Below, one piece after another: positions 45,166 to 53,894 of a DNA stretch of 64,000 bases; position 1 is the stretch's first letter, and the number at the start of each line of letters is the position of its first letter. Source of the DNA: Patescibacteria group bacterium (lineage in GTDB: Bacteria > Patescibacteriota > Microgenomatia > UBA10105 > UBA927); NCBI GenBank assembly GCA_038062895.1, contig JBBTWJ010000005.1, positions 131,715-195,714 of the forward strand, written 5' to 3'. The notes beneath the pieces were generated by a model, which was not told where the DNA came from, did not search any database, and saw only the letters and a program-made list of their open reading frames with translations. The position numbers and the translations under genes were made by a program.

Positions 45166-47160
45166 ATGAATCTGAAAGATACTATCGAAAAAATACTGAA
45201 AGAGAAAAAGGTTGACTATAAATTTATCCCATTGCCGGAGGATTTACCGTTTGATGTGCCATCACATGCAAAGTTTCACAACATTTCCCTTGCGCAGGCG
45301 ATGGTAACGATACTCTACAGAACGGAGAAGGGGATAGTCGCGGCGGTCAGGTGCGCGGATACACAAATTGATCAGGAGAAACTAAAAAAACTTGCAGGGG
45401 TCAAGACGCTTGCGTTTGCTTCAAAAGAAGAGTTGAAAACTCTCGGTACAGAAGCTGGACTTGTGCCATACTTGGGGCTCACTATTCCGTATTTTATCGA
45501 TGCAAAAGTTTTGACGATAGGAAAAGCCTATGGGATCGGAGGCGCACGAACACTTGGCATGGTGATGAATGCAGCTGATATGCCAAAGGTGAACGGAGGA
45601 GTGGTGGGCGAGTTTGCATACCACGAGACAAAACGAGATATAAAAGGGAAACGATTATTGTCCGGTATCACGCCCAGCGGTGATGGGAGTCTGCATATCG
45701 GCAATTATCTGGGGGCCGTGCGGCAATTTATCGAGCTTGCGCGGACCAATGAAACGTTTCTTATGGTTGCCGACCTCCATGCGCTCACGACGGTGCAGGA
45801 TAAGGCGCGGCTATCAGGAAATATCGAGGCGTTGGTCCTCAACGAGCTTGCACTCTTGCGCGGGTTCATGACGGTGCAAGAGTTTGCAAAGATTATCTTT
45901 TTCCGTCAGTCGGATGTTGCCTGCCACACCGAGCTTCAGTCAATTCTCAATAACGTGACTCCCTTGGGCCTCATCAAGCGCGCGCACGCATACAAAGATA
46001 AATTGCAAAAAGACGTGATGGAGGATGATATCAACATGGGGCTTTTTTCCTATCCGATGCTCATGGCGGCGGACATTCTTCTCTATAAACCAGACCTTGT
46101 GCCGGTAGGGAAAGACCAGAAGCAGCATGTGGAGATTACGAGAGATATTGCGGGCAGGTTTAACAAGACGTTTAAGACAGTAAGACAGAAAGACGGTAAG
46201 ACAGGAGTATTCAAACTTCCAGAACCATACATACCAGAGGAGGTGGCGGTGGTACTGGGGACTGACGGAAAACGGAAGATGAGTAAGAGCTTGGGAAACA
46301 TAATCAGCATCTTTGATGATGAGGAAAATATAAGGAAACAAGTGATGAGTACGTACACCGACCCGACCAGAATTCACGCCAATGACCCCGGACACACCGA
46401 GGGGAACATGGTCTTCACGTACCTCGACTTTTTTGGTGAATTGGAAAAAAACAACGAGTTGAAGGAAGCCTATAAGAAAGGTCAAGTGGCTGATATTGAG
46501 GTAAAAAATTATTTATACGAATCGCTGCTCAAATACTTTGCAAATGCGCGCCAAACGTATAAAGAATTGGCCGCACATCCCGAGACTGTCAAAAAAATAC
46601 TAGAGGATGGGGCAGAAAAAGCCAGGAGTGTTGCCAGGGATACGATGGGTGAGGTAAGGGAGGCGGTGGGACTTATAAATAAATACAGCATACAGATAGC
46701 AGATAACAGAAAACAGATAGCAGACAACAGAGAACAGAAAACAGAGAATAGAGATCAGATAAAACAAAATACAACTGGGGTGATTACCATAGAGGAATTT
46801 GGGAGGGTGGAGCTGCGGGTGGGGAAAGTGGTCGAGGCGACGAACAAAGAGGGGAGCGAGAAGTTGATACGGTTGGTGGTGGAATTCGGACCCTCCTTCG
46901 CCAAGGCTACGGCGGGCAAGCAAGCGGAAACACGTGTAATTTTTACTGGCGTGCGGGGGTATGGGTATTCACCTGCAGATTTTCTCAATAAACAATTTTT
47001 CTTTATCACCAATCTCGCGCCACGCAAAATGATGGATGAAGAATCTCAAGGAATGATTTTAGCGGTAGATGGAGACGAGTTACCGTTTGGTGAACATGGC
47101 CCCAAAAAGCCTGTATTTGTTTCCGCTGAAGGATTGCCCGTGGGGGCGAAGATACGGTGA
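45166..47160 (+). CDS. trpS: Tryptophanyl-tRNA synthetase fused to N-terminal YbaK/ProX-like and C-terminal tRNA-binding OB domains
   Basis: LSGITPSG..LHIGNYLGA, YPMLMAADIL, VPVGKDQKQHVE, KMSKSLGN; N-term LAFASKEEL..LGTEAGLVP; C-term ELRVGKV..NLAPRKMMDEESQGMILA. Confidence 0.92.
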   Translation: MNLKDTIEKILKEKKVDYKFIPLPEDLPFDVPSHAKFHNISLAQAMVTILYRTEKGIVAAVRCADTQIDQEKLKKLAGVKTLAFASKEELKTLGTEAGLVPYLGLTIPYFIDAKVLTIGKAYGIGGARTLGMVMNAADMPKVNGGVVGEFAYHETKRDIKGKRLLSGITPSGDGSLHIGNYLGAVRQFIELARTNETFLMVADLHALTTVQDKARLSGNIEALVLNELALLRGFMTVQEFAKIIFFRQSDVACHTELQSILNNVTPLGLIKRAHAYKDKLQKDVMEDDINMGLFSYPMLMAADILLYKPDLVPVGKDQKQHVEITRDIAGRFNKTFKTVRQKDGKTGVFKLPEPYIPEEVAVVLGTDGKRKMSKSLGNIISIFDDEENIRKQVMSTYTDPTRIHANDPGHTEGNMVFTYLDFFGELEKNNELKEAYKKGQVADIEVKNYLYESLLKYFANARQTYKELAAHPETVKKILEDGAEKARSVARDTMGEVREAVGLINKYSIQIADNRKQIADNREQKTENRDQIKQNTTGVITIEEFGRVELRVGKVVEATNKEGSEKLIRLVVEFGPSFAKATAGKQAETRVIFTGVRGYGYSPADFLNKQFFFITNLAPRKMMDEESQGMILAVDGDELPFGEHGPKKPVFVSAEGLPVGAKIR

Positions 47161-47198
47161 ATCTTGACATTTTTAAATACATCTAGTACTATATAGTC

Positions 47199-47450
47199 AT
47201 GTTTAGTACCAAAGTATATACCCCAGAACAAGTAGCCGAAATGCTGCAGCTTTCCAAAAATACCGTGTACGGGCTCATCAACCGCGGCGAGATCATTGCA
47301 AAGAAGATCGGCAATGTGTACCGGATCCCGGCACGCTCCATCGCGTTTGTGTTTAACGGTTTGGATGCGGATTTATCCGATGCGCAGGCAGCCGATGAAC
47401 AAAATTTTTCCCGTGTGCAACAAGCTATCAATGCGGTCCGCGCTCCCTAA
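47199..47450 (+). CDS. Excisionase-like HTH protein (putative antitoxin)
   Basis: YTPEQVAEMLQLSKNTVYGLINRGEI.AKKIG..YRIP; TTGACA promoter at 47164. Confidence 0.8.
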   Translation: MFSTKVYTPEQVAEMLQLSKNTVYGLINRGEIIAKKIGNVYRIPARSIAFVFNGLDADLSDAQAADEQNFSRVQQAINAVRAP

Positions 47451-47459
47451 ATGTATATC

Positions 47460-47882
47460 ATGCCGATCCGTGTATTTGTTGATTCCGACGTCATTATTTC
47501 TTCCCTCATATCCAAAACAGGAGCTGCCTATCTGCTGATGCAGGACACACGTATCAATCGGTTCATCTCCGATGTGTCTCATGTCGAACTCAAGAGGGTG
47601 GCAGATGTATTACATCTCTCACAGAAAGATTTGCAGAAGCTTGTAGATGCTCAGTGTCGCGTTGTGAAGATCGGGGAGTACCCGGGTGAACGCAAACGTA
47701 TGGCGGAATATACACGCGACTTGCATGACACACATATCGTATTGGGAGCGAAACTCGCAAAAGCAAAATTTCTGGTTACGTATAATCTGAAGCATTATCT
47801 GGTTGAAAAAATACGGGAGGATTTGGGAATCATCGTCCTGACCCCGGCATTCCTTTTGCAATATTTAAGGAGTTTGAATTAA
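47460..47882 (+). CDS. PIN-domain protein (putative toxin)
   Basis: RVFVDSDVIISSL, DLHDTHIV, LVTYNLKHY. Confidence 0.82.
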   Translation: MPIRVFVDSDVIISSLISKTGAAYLLMQDTRINRFISDVSHVELKRVADVLHLSQKDLQKLVDAQCRVVKIGEYPGERKRMAEYTRDLHDTHIVLGAKLAKAKFLVTYNLKHYLVEKIREDLGIIVLTPAFLLQYLRSLN

Positions 47883-47895
47883 ATTAGACTGCTTT

Positions 47896-47940
47896 TTTGT
47901 TTTCACTGAAGGGATGCCTGTTGGGGCGAAGATACGGTGA
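47896..47940 (+). repeat. Displaced, diverged copy of the trpS 3' end
   Basis: FVFTEGMPVGAKIR* versus FVSAEGLPVGAKIR* at 47116-47160; last 18 nt identical. Confidence 0.85.
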
Positions 47941-48037
47941 AGAAGAGGTTTAAAGCTAATCCACCCGTCGGGTTGACGCTGATCTACCACCGAAGGGATG
48001 TGTATCGACTCCTGAGGAGTTGTTGGGGTAAAGGGCC

Positions 48038-49462
48038 CTATTGATGAAAAAACTCGAGTTCTTCGCGTGTTGGCAACGCCTCAAAAGAACCAAGACGGGT
48101 CACCGCAAATGCGCCTGCGCGATTGCCAAGCTGCACGGCACGTTTGAGATCGTTCGTTGCGAGATATTCTGCGACGAATGCAGCACGATAGGCATCTCCC
48201 GCCGCCGTTTCGTCAATCGCAGGGACTTTCATCCCGGGGAAATAGACCGGATCAGTATCTCCCTTTTCAAGTAGTACAGAGCCAAGATGCCCCAGCGTGA
48301 CGATGACGGTATTTGCGCCTTTTGATTGAAGTTTTTTTGCCGCTTCACCCGCGCTTTTTTCATCTGTAACGGTAATTCCAGTCATGCCAGTCGCTTCGAA
48401 TTCGTTAGCCGAGAGTATGTCGATCATGGGAAACAGATGTTCGGATAATGGCCGAACCTGCGGAGCCGCGTCACAAAAAATTGGAATATTGCGCGTATGG
48501 ATTTCTTCAATGGCATAGGAAACAATGTCCGGCAGTGTTTCGAGGGTCGTGTAGAAGCAATCGATATGTATGCTTTTATTGTCAATAGCAGAGAGGAGGT
48601 CCGAGATTGTTTTTTTATTGATACGGATGTTGGCATCTTCATTGACGATAATCGTGTTTTTCCCTTGTGCATCGACATTGACCATGACGGTGCCGGTGGG
48701 GATAAAGCTATCTGTATCAACGTATTGTGTTTGAATTCCTTCATTTTTAAATAATGCGATAACCGATTCGCCGAACGTGTCATTGCCAGTTTTCCCCAGC
48801 ATGTAGACTTGTTGCCCGAGACGCGCCAGTCCGACCGCTGCGTTGGTCGCTTTGCCACCGGGGGCGAGTTTGAGTCCTGAACTGATGACGACGTCATCCT
48901 GTTTGGGTATGAAGGGGACCTTTGTGACAAGATCGATGTTGATAGAACCTAAGACGGCAATATTTTTTGAAGCAGTCGTCTGTCTGGAAGAAGTTTTTTT
49001 CTGCGTGGTGAGCGCACTATTTCGTTTTGAGCGGATAGTGTCGCTTACCCCTTTGAGAAATTTAAGAACCAAGGGTTCGAGATTTTTTTCCGTATACAAT
49101 TCCCCCTGGAATGCTTCATGACGGATGAGATCGCCATAATCTTTTTTCTGCGACAGGCAAAGAACAGGCTTTTTATAGATAATAGCAAGGGTGGCTTCGT
49201 GCCCGACCCGGAAATCCTCGAAAGACGCTTCGATGATCACGGCGTCTGCGTTGGCTATCCCTTGGCGGACAAATTCATAATGGACGCGGTGCGCATCGCC
49301 GAGCTTTTTGACGTTTTCATCACGAAACGTATCAAAATAGTCGCGGGATTTTTCGGGACTGACGACGGTCGCGCCGGTAGACTCGATGGTTTTGACGATG
49401 CGGTCGATATAGGGTTGATATATCTTTTTTCCGTCGTAGGGAGATGTGAAGAAGATTTTCAT
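48038..49462 (-). CDS. Ribokinase (PfkB) with N-terminal nucleoside 2-deoxyribosyltransferase-like domain
   Basis: N-term ADAVIIEAS...VGHEATLAIIYKKPVLCL; C-term GGKATNAAVGLARLG, ANEFEA, DETAAGDAY. Confidence 0.85.
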   Translation of the reverse strand: MKIFFTSPYDGKKIYQPYIDRIVKTIESTGATVVSPEKSRDYFDTFRDENVKKLGDAHRVHYEFVRQGIANADAVIIEASFEDFRVGHEATLAIIYKKPVLCLSQKKDYGDLIRHEAFQGELYTEKNLEPLVLKFLKGVSDTIRSKRNSALTTQKKTSSRQTTASKNIAVLGSINIDLVTKVPFIPKQDDVVISSGLKLAPGGKATNAAVGLARLGQQVYMLGKTGNDTFGESVIALFKNEGIQTQYVDTDSFIPTGTVMVNVDAQGKNTIIVNEDANIRINKKTISDLLSAIDNKSIHIDCFYTTLETLPDIVSYAIEEIHTRNIPIFCDAAPQVRPLSEHLFPMIDILSANEFEATGMTGITVTDEKSAGEAAKKLQSKGANTVIVTLGHLGSVLLEKGDTDPVYFPGMKVPAIDETAAGDAYRAAFVAEYLATNDLKRAVQLGNRAGAFAVTRLGSFEALPTREELEFFHQ

Positions 49463-49684
49463 AGCTTTATAGTGATGATTATAGCATTCGCGCGTGTTAC
49501 GGGAAATTACGGGAACATTACGGGAGATCAGGGGAAGATAGGAGCGATTAAGAGGAATTAGGAGGAAGTAGGAGAGGGGAGGAGAGGCCGAGAGCGATCA
49601 TGCAATCGATTTAGCTTCGTGGTATACTTTACCATCACAACGATACGACAACGTGACAAATTGACAAAGTGACTTCAAAACCTT

Positions 49685-51619
49685 ATGGCGGAGAAACATC
49701 CAATTGTCAAAAAAAACGGCTCGCCTCAATTCGGCGGAGCGAGGAAAAATGGGAATGGGAACGGCAAGCACGGGAAAAAGGTGTGGGAGTTTGGATTTCA
49801 GTTTAACGTCAAAAATATTTTCATTGGGCTTTTCATTGCCTTCATCGTATTTAGCCTCTTGGGAAGCCTCGGGGATAAAGTGAGCACCCTTGTCGAAAAG
49901 CCGCTCTCAACGGTCATCACCGACGTGAAAGAAGGGAAAATAGACAAGATTGAGATAGAAGAAAGCCGGCTCACCGTGAGCTATAAAGACGGTACAAAAT
50001 TTATCTCCCATAAAGAACCGCAAGAATCACTCCTAAAAGTCTTTGAAGGCGCCGGGGTTGACCCCAAAGCCGTCGAGATAAAAGTAAAAGACTTGTCTCC
50101 GGGCCAACTATGGATGGGGATTATCTCCAACGTGTTGCCACTCGTCCTCACCGTCGTATTTTTTCTTTTCCTTTTCCGTCAGGCACGGGGAGCGCAGGAC
50201 AATATTTTTTCCTTCGGACAAAGTAAGTCGCGGATATTCGCCAAAGATTTACCCAAAGTAACGTTTGCCGATGTGGCAGGGGTGGATGAAGCCAAGAAGG
50301 AACTCGAAGAGGTCGTCGACTTTCTCAAAAACCCCGCCAAATACAAAGCGTTGGGGGCGCGGACTCCCAAGGGGGTTATATTAGTTGGTCCATCCGGAAC
50401 GGGAAAGACGCTTCTTGCCAAAGCCATGGCTGGCGAGGCACATACCGCGTTTTACAGTGTGGCCGGAAGCGAGTTTATGGAAATGCTTGTGGGGATTGGA
50501 GCCGCGCGCGTCCGTGACCTTTTTGCCCAGGCCAAGAAAAATGCGCCGTCGATCATCTTCATCGATGAGATCGACGCAATCGGCAGGATGCGATCGGTCG
50601 GGCTTATGGGCGGGCATGATGAACGCGAGCAGACCCTCAACCAAATCCTGGTGGAAATGGATGGATTTGAGCCCAATACCGCGGTGCTCATTGTGGCGGC
50701 CACCAACCGCGGGGATTTACTCGACCCGGCACTTCTTCGGCCCGGACGGTTTGACCGGCGGGTGGTCCTGGATCTTCCGGACATGGCGGGACGCAAAGAC
50801 ATCCTCGCCATCCACGCCAAGGGCAAACCCTTCGCGGTAACGGTGGAGTGGGACAAAGTATCCAAGCGTACGGTAGGCTTCTCGGGCGCAGATATGGAGA
50901 ACATGCTCAATGAAGCGGCGATCCTGGCCGCCCGCGAGGATAAAAAAGAGATCGACATGAAAGACATCGAGGAGGCGGCAACAAAAGTAAAATTGGGGCC
51001 GGAGAAGAAACGGCTGCAGTCAGACTTGGATCGCAAAATGACGGCGTACCACGAGGCTGGTCACGCGGTCGTCAATTATTACTCTCCCAATCTCGATCCC
51101 GTGCACCGCGTGTCCATCGTCTCGCGTGGGATGGCTTTGGGATACACCATGGCGCCTCCGGAGAAGGACCGGCTGCATGAGACCAAGTCCCGGCTTATCG
51201 ACGAAATCGCCATGACGATGGGGGGACGGGCTGCCGAAAAGTTAATATTTAATGAAATGACCAGTGGGGCAGCCAACGACATCGACCAAGCGACCAGAAT
51301 CGCCCGGTACATGGTGATGGAGTTTGGGATGAGCGACCTGGGGCCTATCAATTTCGGCCCGCAGATGGACATAACCGAGTGGGGCAAGCAGTACATGGAG
51401 CAAAATACCGTGTCCCAGGACATGCAGGGCAAGATCGACGTGGAAGTGAAGAAGCTCCTGGATGAAGGGTATAGGAAAGCCGCCGAGCTTCTGAAAAAGT
51501 ATAAAAAGAAGCTTGATCTCGTTGCCGAAGAGTTAATCAAAAAAGAGACGCTGGAAGGAGAAGAATTCCAAGTAGTCATGGGTGGGCTTAAGCACCGAAG
51601 TAGCACGATGAGCACTTGA
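49685..51619 (+). CDS. ftsH: ATP-dependent zinc metalloprotease FtsH
   Basis: 2 [35 protein letters not shown]. Confidence 0.97.
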   Translation: MAEKHPIVKKNGSPQFGGARKNGNGNGKHGKKVWEFGFQFNVKNIFIGLFIAFIVFSLLGSLGDKVSTLVEKPLSTVITDVKEGKIDKIEIEESRLTVSYKDGTKFISHKEPQESLLKVFEGAGVDPKAVEIKVKDLSPGQLWMGIISNVLPLVLTVVFFLFLFRQARGAQDNIFSFGQSKSRIFAKDLPKVTFADVAGVDEAKKELEEVVDFLKNPAKYKALGARTPKGVILVGPSGTGKTLLAKAMAGEAHTAFYSVAGSEFMEMLVGIGAARVRDLFAQAKKNAPSIIFIDEIDAIGRMRSVGLMGGHDEREQTLNQILVEMDGFEPNTAVLIVAATNRGDLLDPALLRPGRFDRRVVLDLPDMAGRKDILAIHAKGKPFAVTVEWDKVSKRTVGFSGADMENMLNEAAILAAREDKKEIDMKDIEEAATKVKLGPEKKRLQSDLDRKMTAYHEAGHAVVNYYSPNLDPVHRVSIVSRGMALGYTMAPPEKDRLHETKSRLIDEIAMTMGGRAAEKLIFNEMTSGAANDIDQATRIARYMVMEFGMSDLGPINFGPQMDITEWGKQYMEQNTVSQDMQGKIDVEVKKLLDEGYRKAAELLKKYKKKLDLVAEELIKKETLEGEEFQVVMGGLKHRSSTMST

Positions 51620-51650
51620 TGGATGAACTTGATTAGCACATGATAGAATT

Positions 51651-52040
51651 ATGCCTCGGCCGATAAAGAGCCCAACTGTTTATGAAGAGCTAACATATAA
51701 GATAATAGGTTTGGGGTTTGATGTTCAAAAAGAACTCGGGAATATTCATAAAGAGGTTGTATATCAAAAAGCTCTTGAAATAGCGTTAAAAAACAACCAG
51801 ATTCCGTACGAACGAGAGAAAAGATTGACGGTCGAGTTTCAAGAAAAAAATGTTGGGGTATATATACCTGACTTCGTCATTGACAATAAAGTCATTGTTG
51901 AAATAAAAGCAATGGAAATGCTTCCTTATAAAGCCTCTGTTCAGTTAAGTTATTATCTAAAAACAACCGGATACCGCGTGGGGATATTATTAAATTTCGG
52001 CTCTCGTAGACTTCAGGTGAGGAGACGGATTTATGGATAA
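51651..52040 (+). CDS. GxxExxY protein (PD-(D/E)XK-like), flanked by inverted repeats
   Basis: GNIHKEVVYQ, PDFVIDNKVIVEIKA, QLSYYLK, ILLNFG. Confidence 0.9.
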   Translation: MPRPIKSPTVYEELTYKIIGLGFDVQKELGNIHKEVVYQKALEIALKNNQIPYEREKRLTVEFQEKNVGVYIPDFVIDNKVIVEIKAMEMLPYKASVQLSYYLKTTGYRVGILLNFGSRRLQVRRRIYG

Positions 52041-53166
52041 TTCAAGTGCTCATCATGTTTCTCCATCATGTGCCAATCGTTTGGTTTTAATCGACGGCAA
52101 TGCAATACTGCACCGCGCGTATCATGCGCTGCCACCCTTAACGACTCCAGATGGAACCGTCGTTAACGCGGTCTACGGATTTGTCTCCATCCTCATCAAA
52201 ATCTTCAATGATTTGAAACCCACCCATATGGCGGTTGCCTTTGACCGCGCAGCGCCGACGTTTCGCAAAAAACTTTATAAAGAATATCAGGCGAGTCGGC
52301 CGAAGATGGAGGATGCGCTTGTGGGGCAAATAAGCATTGTCCATGATGTGGTGGCGGCATTCGGGATACCTAATTTTGAGTTAGACGGGTATGAAGCGGA
52401 TGACGTGATCGGGACACTCGTCAAACGAGTGTATGATGAGCGCGTGATGCAGAAACCACATGATGAGCACATGATGGAGAAATCACGTGCCGATCATGTA
52501 TCCCGATCAAGTGCTCATCAATCACCGGAGGTGATCATCGTGACGGGGGATAAGGATATATTGCAGCTCGTGGATGACAAAAGGGGCGTGAAAGTGTTCA
52601 TGCCGACGAAGGGATTGTCTGAGGGGAAGCTCTATGGGGAGGCGGAAGTGGTTGAGCGGCTGGGGGTGACCCCTAGCCAGATACCGGAGCTCAAAGCGCT
52701 CATGGGAGACAGCTCCGACAATTACCCGGGAGTGGCGGGGATCGGGCCGAAGACGGCGGTTGATTTGATTACGAGATATGAAAATATTGACACTATATAT
52801 AGGACAATAAACAGTAAACAAAAAGCAGGAAAAGGGGGGAAAGGGGAGAGGGGGAGCGGGAGAGTGGGAGATGGGGAGAAAATATCCCTTGGGGTGAGAG
52901 AAAAATTGGTTAAGGGGGAGGAGATGGCGAGGATGTCTAAAGATTTGGCGACGATACGCGTAGATGTGCCGGTAGTGATGGAACCGCTTGAGCCGATTGA
53001 AACACTGGATACGGAAGAAGCTCGAAAAATACTGCAAGCACTTCATTTTCCGTCGCTCCTCAAGAGACTGACCGGGATTGATGATGGGAAGAGGGGGAGA
53101 CCCTCCTTCGTCCCGCCCGGCGGGACTACGGCGGGCGAGGCGGGGGAGCAGCAGGAGTTGTTTTGA
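52033..53166 (+). CDS. Stand-alone 5'-3' exonuclease (Pol I N-terminal/FEN domain) with repeat-derived inserts
   Basis: LIDGNAILHRAYHA, GYEADDVIGTL, TGDKDILQL, LMGDSSDNYPGVAGIGPKTA; ends QQELF. Confidence 0.92.
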   Translation: MDNSSAHHVSPSCANRLVLIDGNAILHRAYHALPPLTTPDGTVVNAVYGFVSILIKIFNDLKPTHMAVAFDRAAPTFRKKLYKEYQASRPKMEDALVGQISIVHDVVAAFGIPNFELDGYEADDVIGTLVKRVYDERVMQKPHDEHMMEKSRADHVSRSSAHQSPEVIIVTGDKDILQLVDDKRGVKVFMPTKGLSEGKLYGEAEVVERLGVTPSQIPELKALMGDSSDNYPGVAGIGPKTAVDLITRYENIDTIYRTINSKQKAGKGGKGERGSGRVGDGEKISLGVREKLVKGEEMARMSKDLATIRVDVPVVMEPLEPIETLDTEEARKILQALHFPSLLKRLTGIDDGKRGRPSFVPPGGTTAGEAGEQQELF

Positions 53167-53170
53167 ACCT

Positions 53171-53620
53171 ATGACAGTAGAGGTTGATCAGAGCGGTAGG
53201 ATAGAGGATTTATCTACCGGAACAGCGATAGCAATTGCCAATGGAAAAAGTAGCGCGGTGTTTGTGAGTGCCGGAACAAAAAGGAAGATTATCGTCCGTC
53301 TTCGCCGTAATAGTTTCATCCCCGCGAAGGATTTACCGGCAATTATTTTTAGTGTCGTATTGTTCATGTTGATTGAAGAACACAAGATTGACGTATTGAA
53401 GATTGATGAGGAATACACAGGAAAGAATGAAATAATAGAAGAGACACTTAAAAAGTTATATCTGAGAAGTCGAAAAAAAAGAATTCCAGATGTTCGGTTT
53501 GTGAGAATTGGAAAACAATCACCAGCTCATAAGGTAGCGTGGGAAGTCCATAGGTCTAAAGGGCGATCGCCTGATACAAAAAAGGTTTCGGAAAAAAATA
53601 TATTACAGTACGTACTGTAG
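53171..53620 (+). CDS. RNase H-like fold protein (DUF3800-like)
   Basis: N-terminal VEVDQSG, central LKIDEEY, C-terminal PAHKVA; acidic residues at strand ends as in DUF3800 (YxDESG). Confidence 0.55.
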   Translation: MTVEVDQSGRIEDLSTGTAIAIANGKSSAVFVSAGTKRKIIVRLRRNSFIPAKDLPAIIFSVVLFMLIEEHKIDVLKIDEEYTGKNEIIEETLKKLYLRSRKKRIPDVRFVRIGKQSPAHKVAWEVHRSKGRSPDTKKVSEKNILQYVL

Positions 53621-53636
53621 CAAGCGAGCGGGCAAT

Positions 53637-53703
53637 AAAAAAGCCGGTCTTATCGACATCACTCTCCGCTTTTACGGCGAGGGGTCGCTTCGAATCCGAC
53701 TAT
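53637..53703 (-). ncRNA. Candidate ~65-nt structured sRNA convergent with the DUF3800-like gene
   Basis: Minus-strand promoter TTGACT-16-TATACT with extended TG (53710-53737); transcript folds AGTCGG/CCGGCT, CGAC/GTCG, CTC/GAG, CCGT-AAAA-GCGG and ends in T6. Confidence 0.6.
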
Positions 53704-53739
53704 GAAAATAGTATACCATGATAGTAGTAATAGTCAATT

Positions 53740-53894
53740 ATGAAAATCGCATTGGTACATGATTTTTTACGGGAGTACGGGGGAGCGGAAAGGGTTGTGG
53801 AAACCTTGCCTCGACACAACGCTTACTTACTCGCAAGGGCTACGTCCTTGCCTCGCAAGAGCGCGTGTACGGGGCTGCGGTTTCATAACGTTAT
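53740..53894 (+). repeat. Recoded duplicate of the glycosyltransferase 5' end plus hairpin element
   Basis: 53740-53808 encodes MKIALVHDFLREYGGAERVVETL, identical to the gene's first 23 aa; long imperfect hairpin 53809-53876. Confidence 0.88.
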
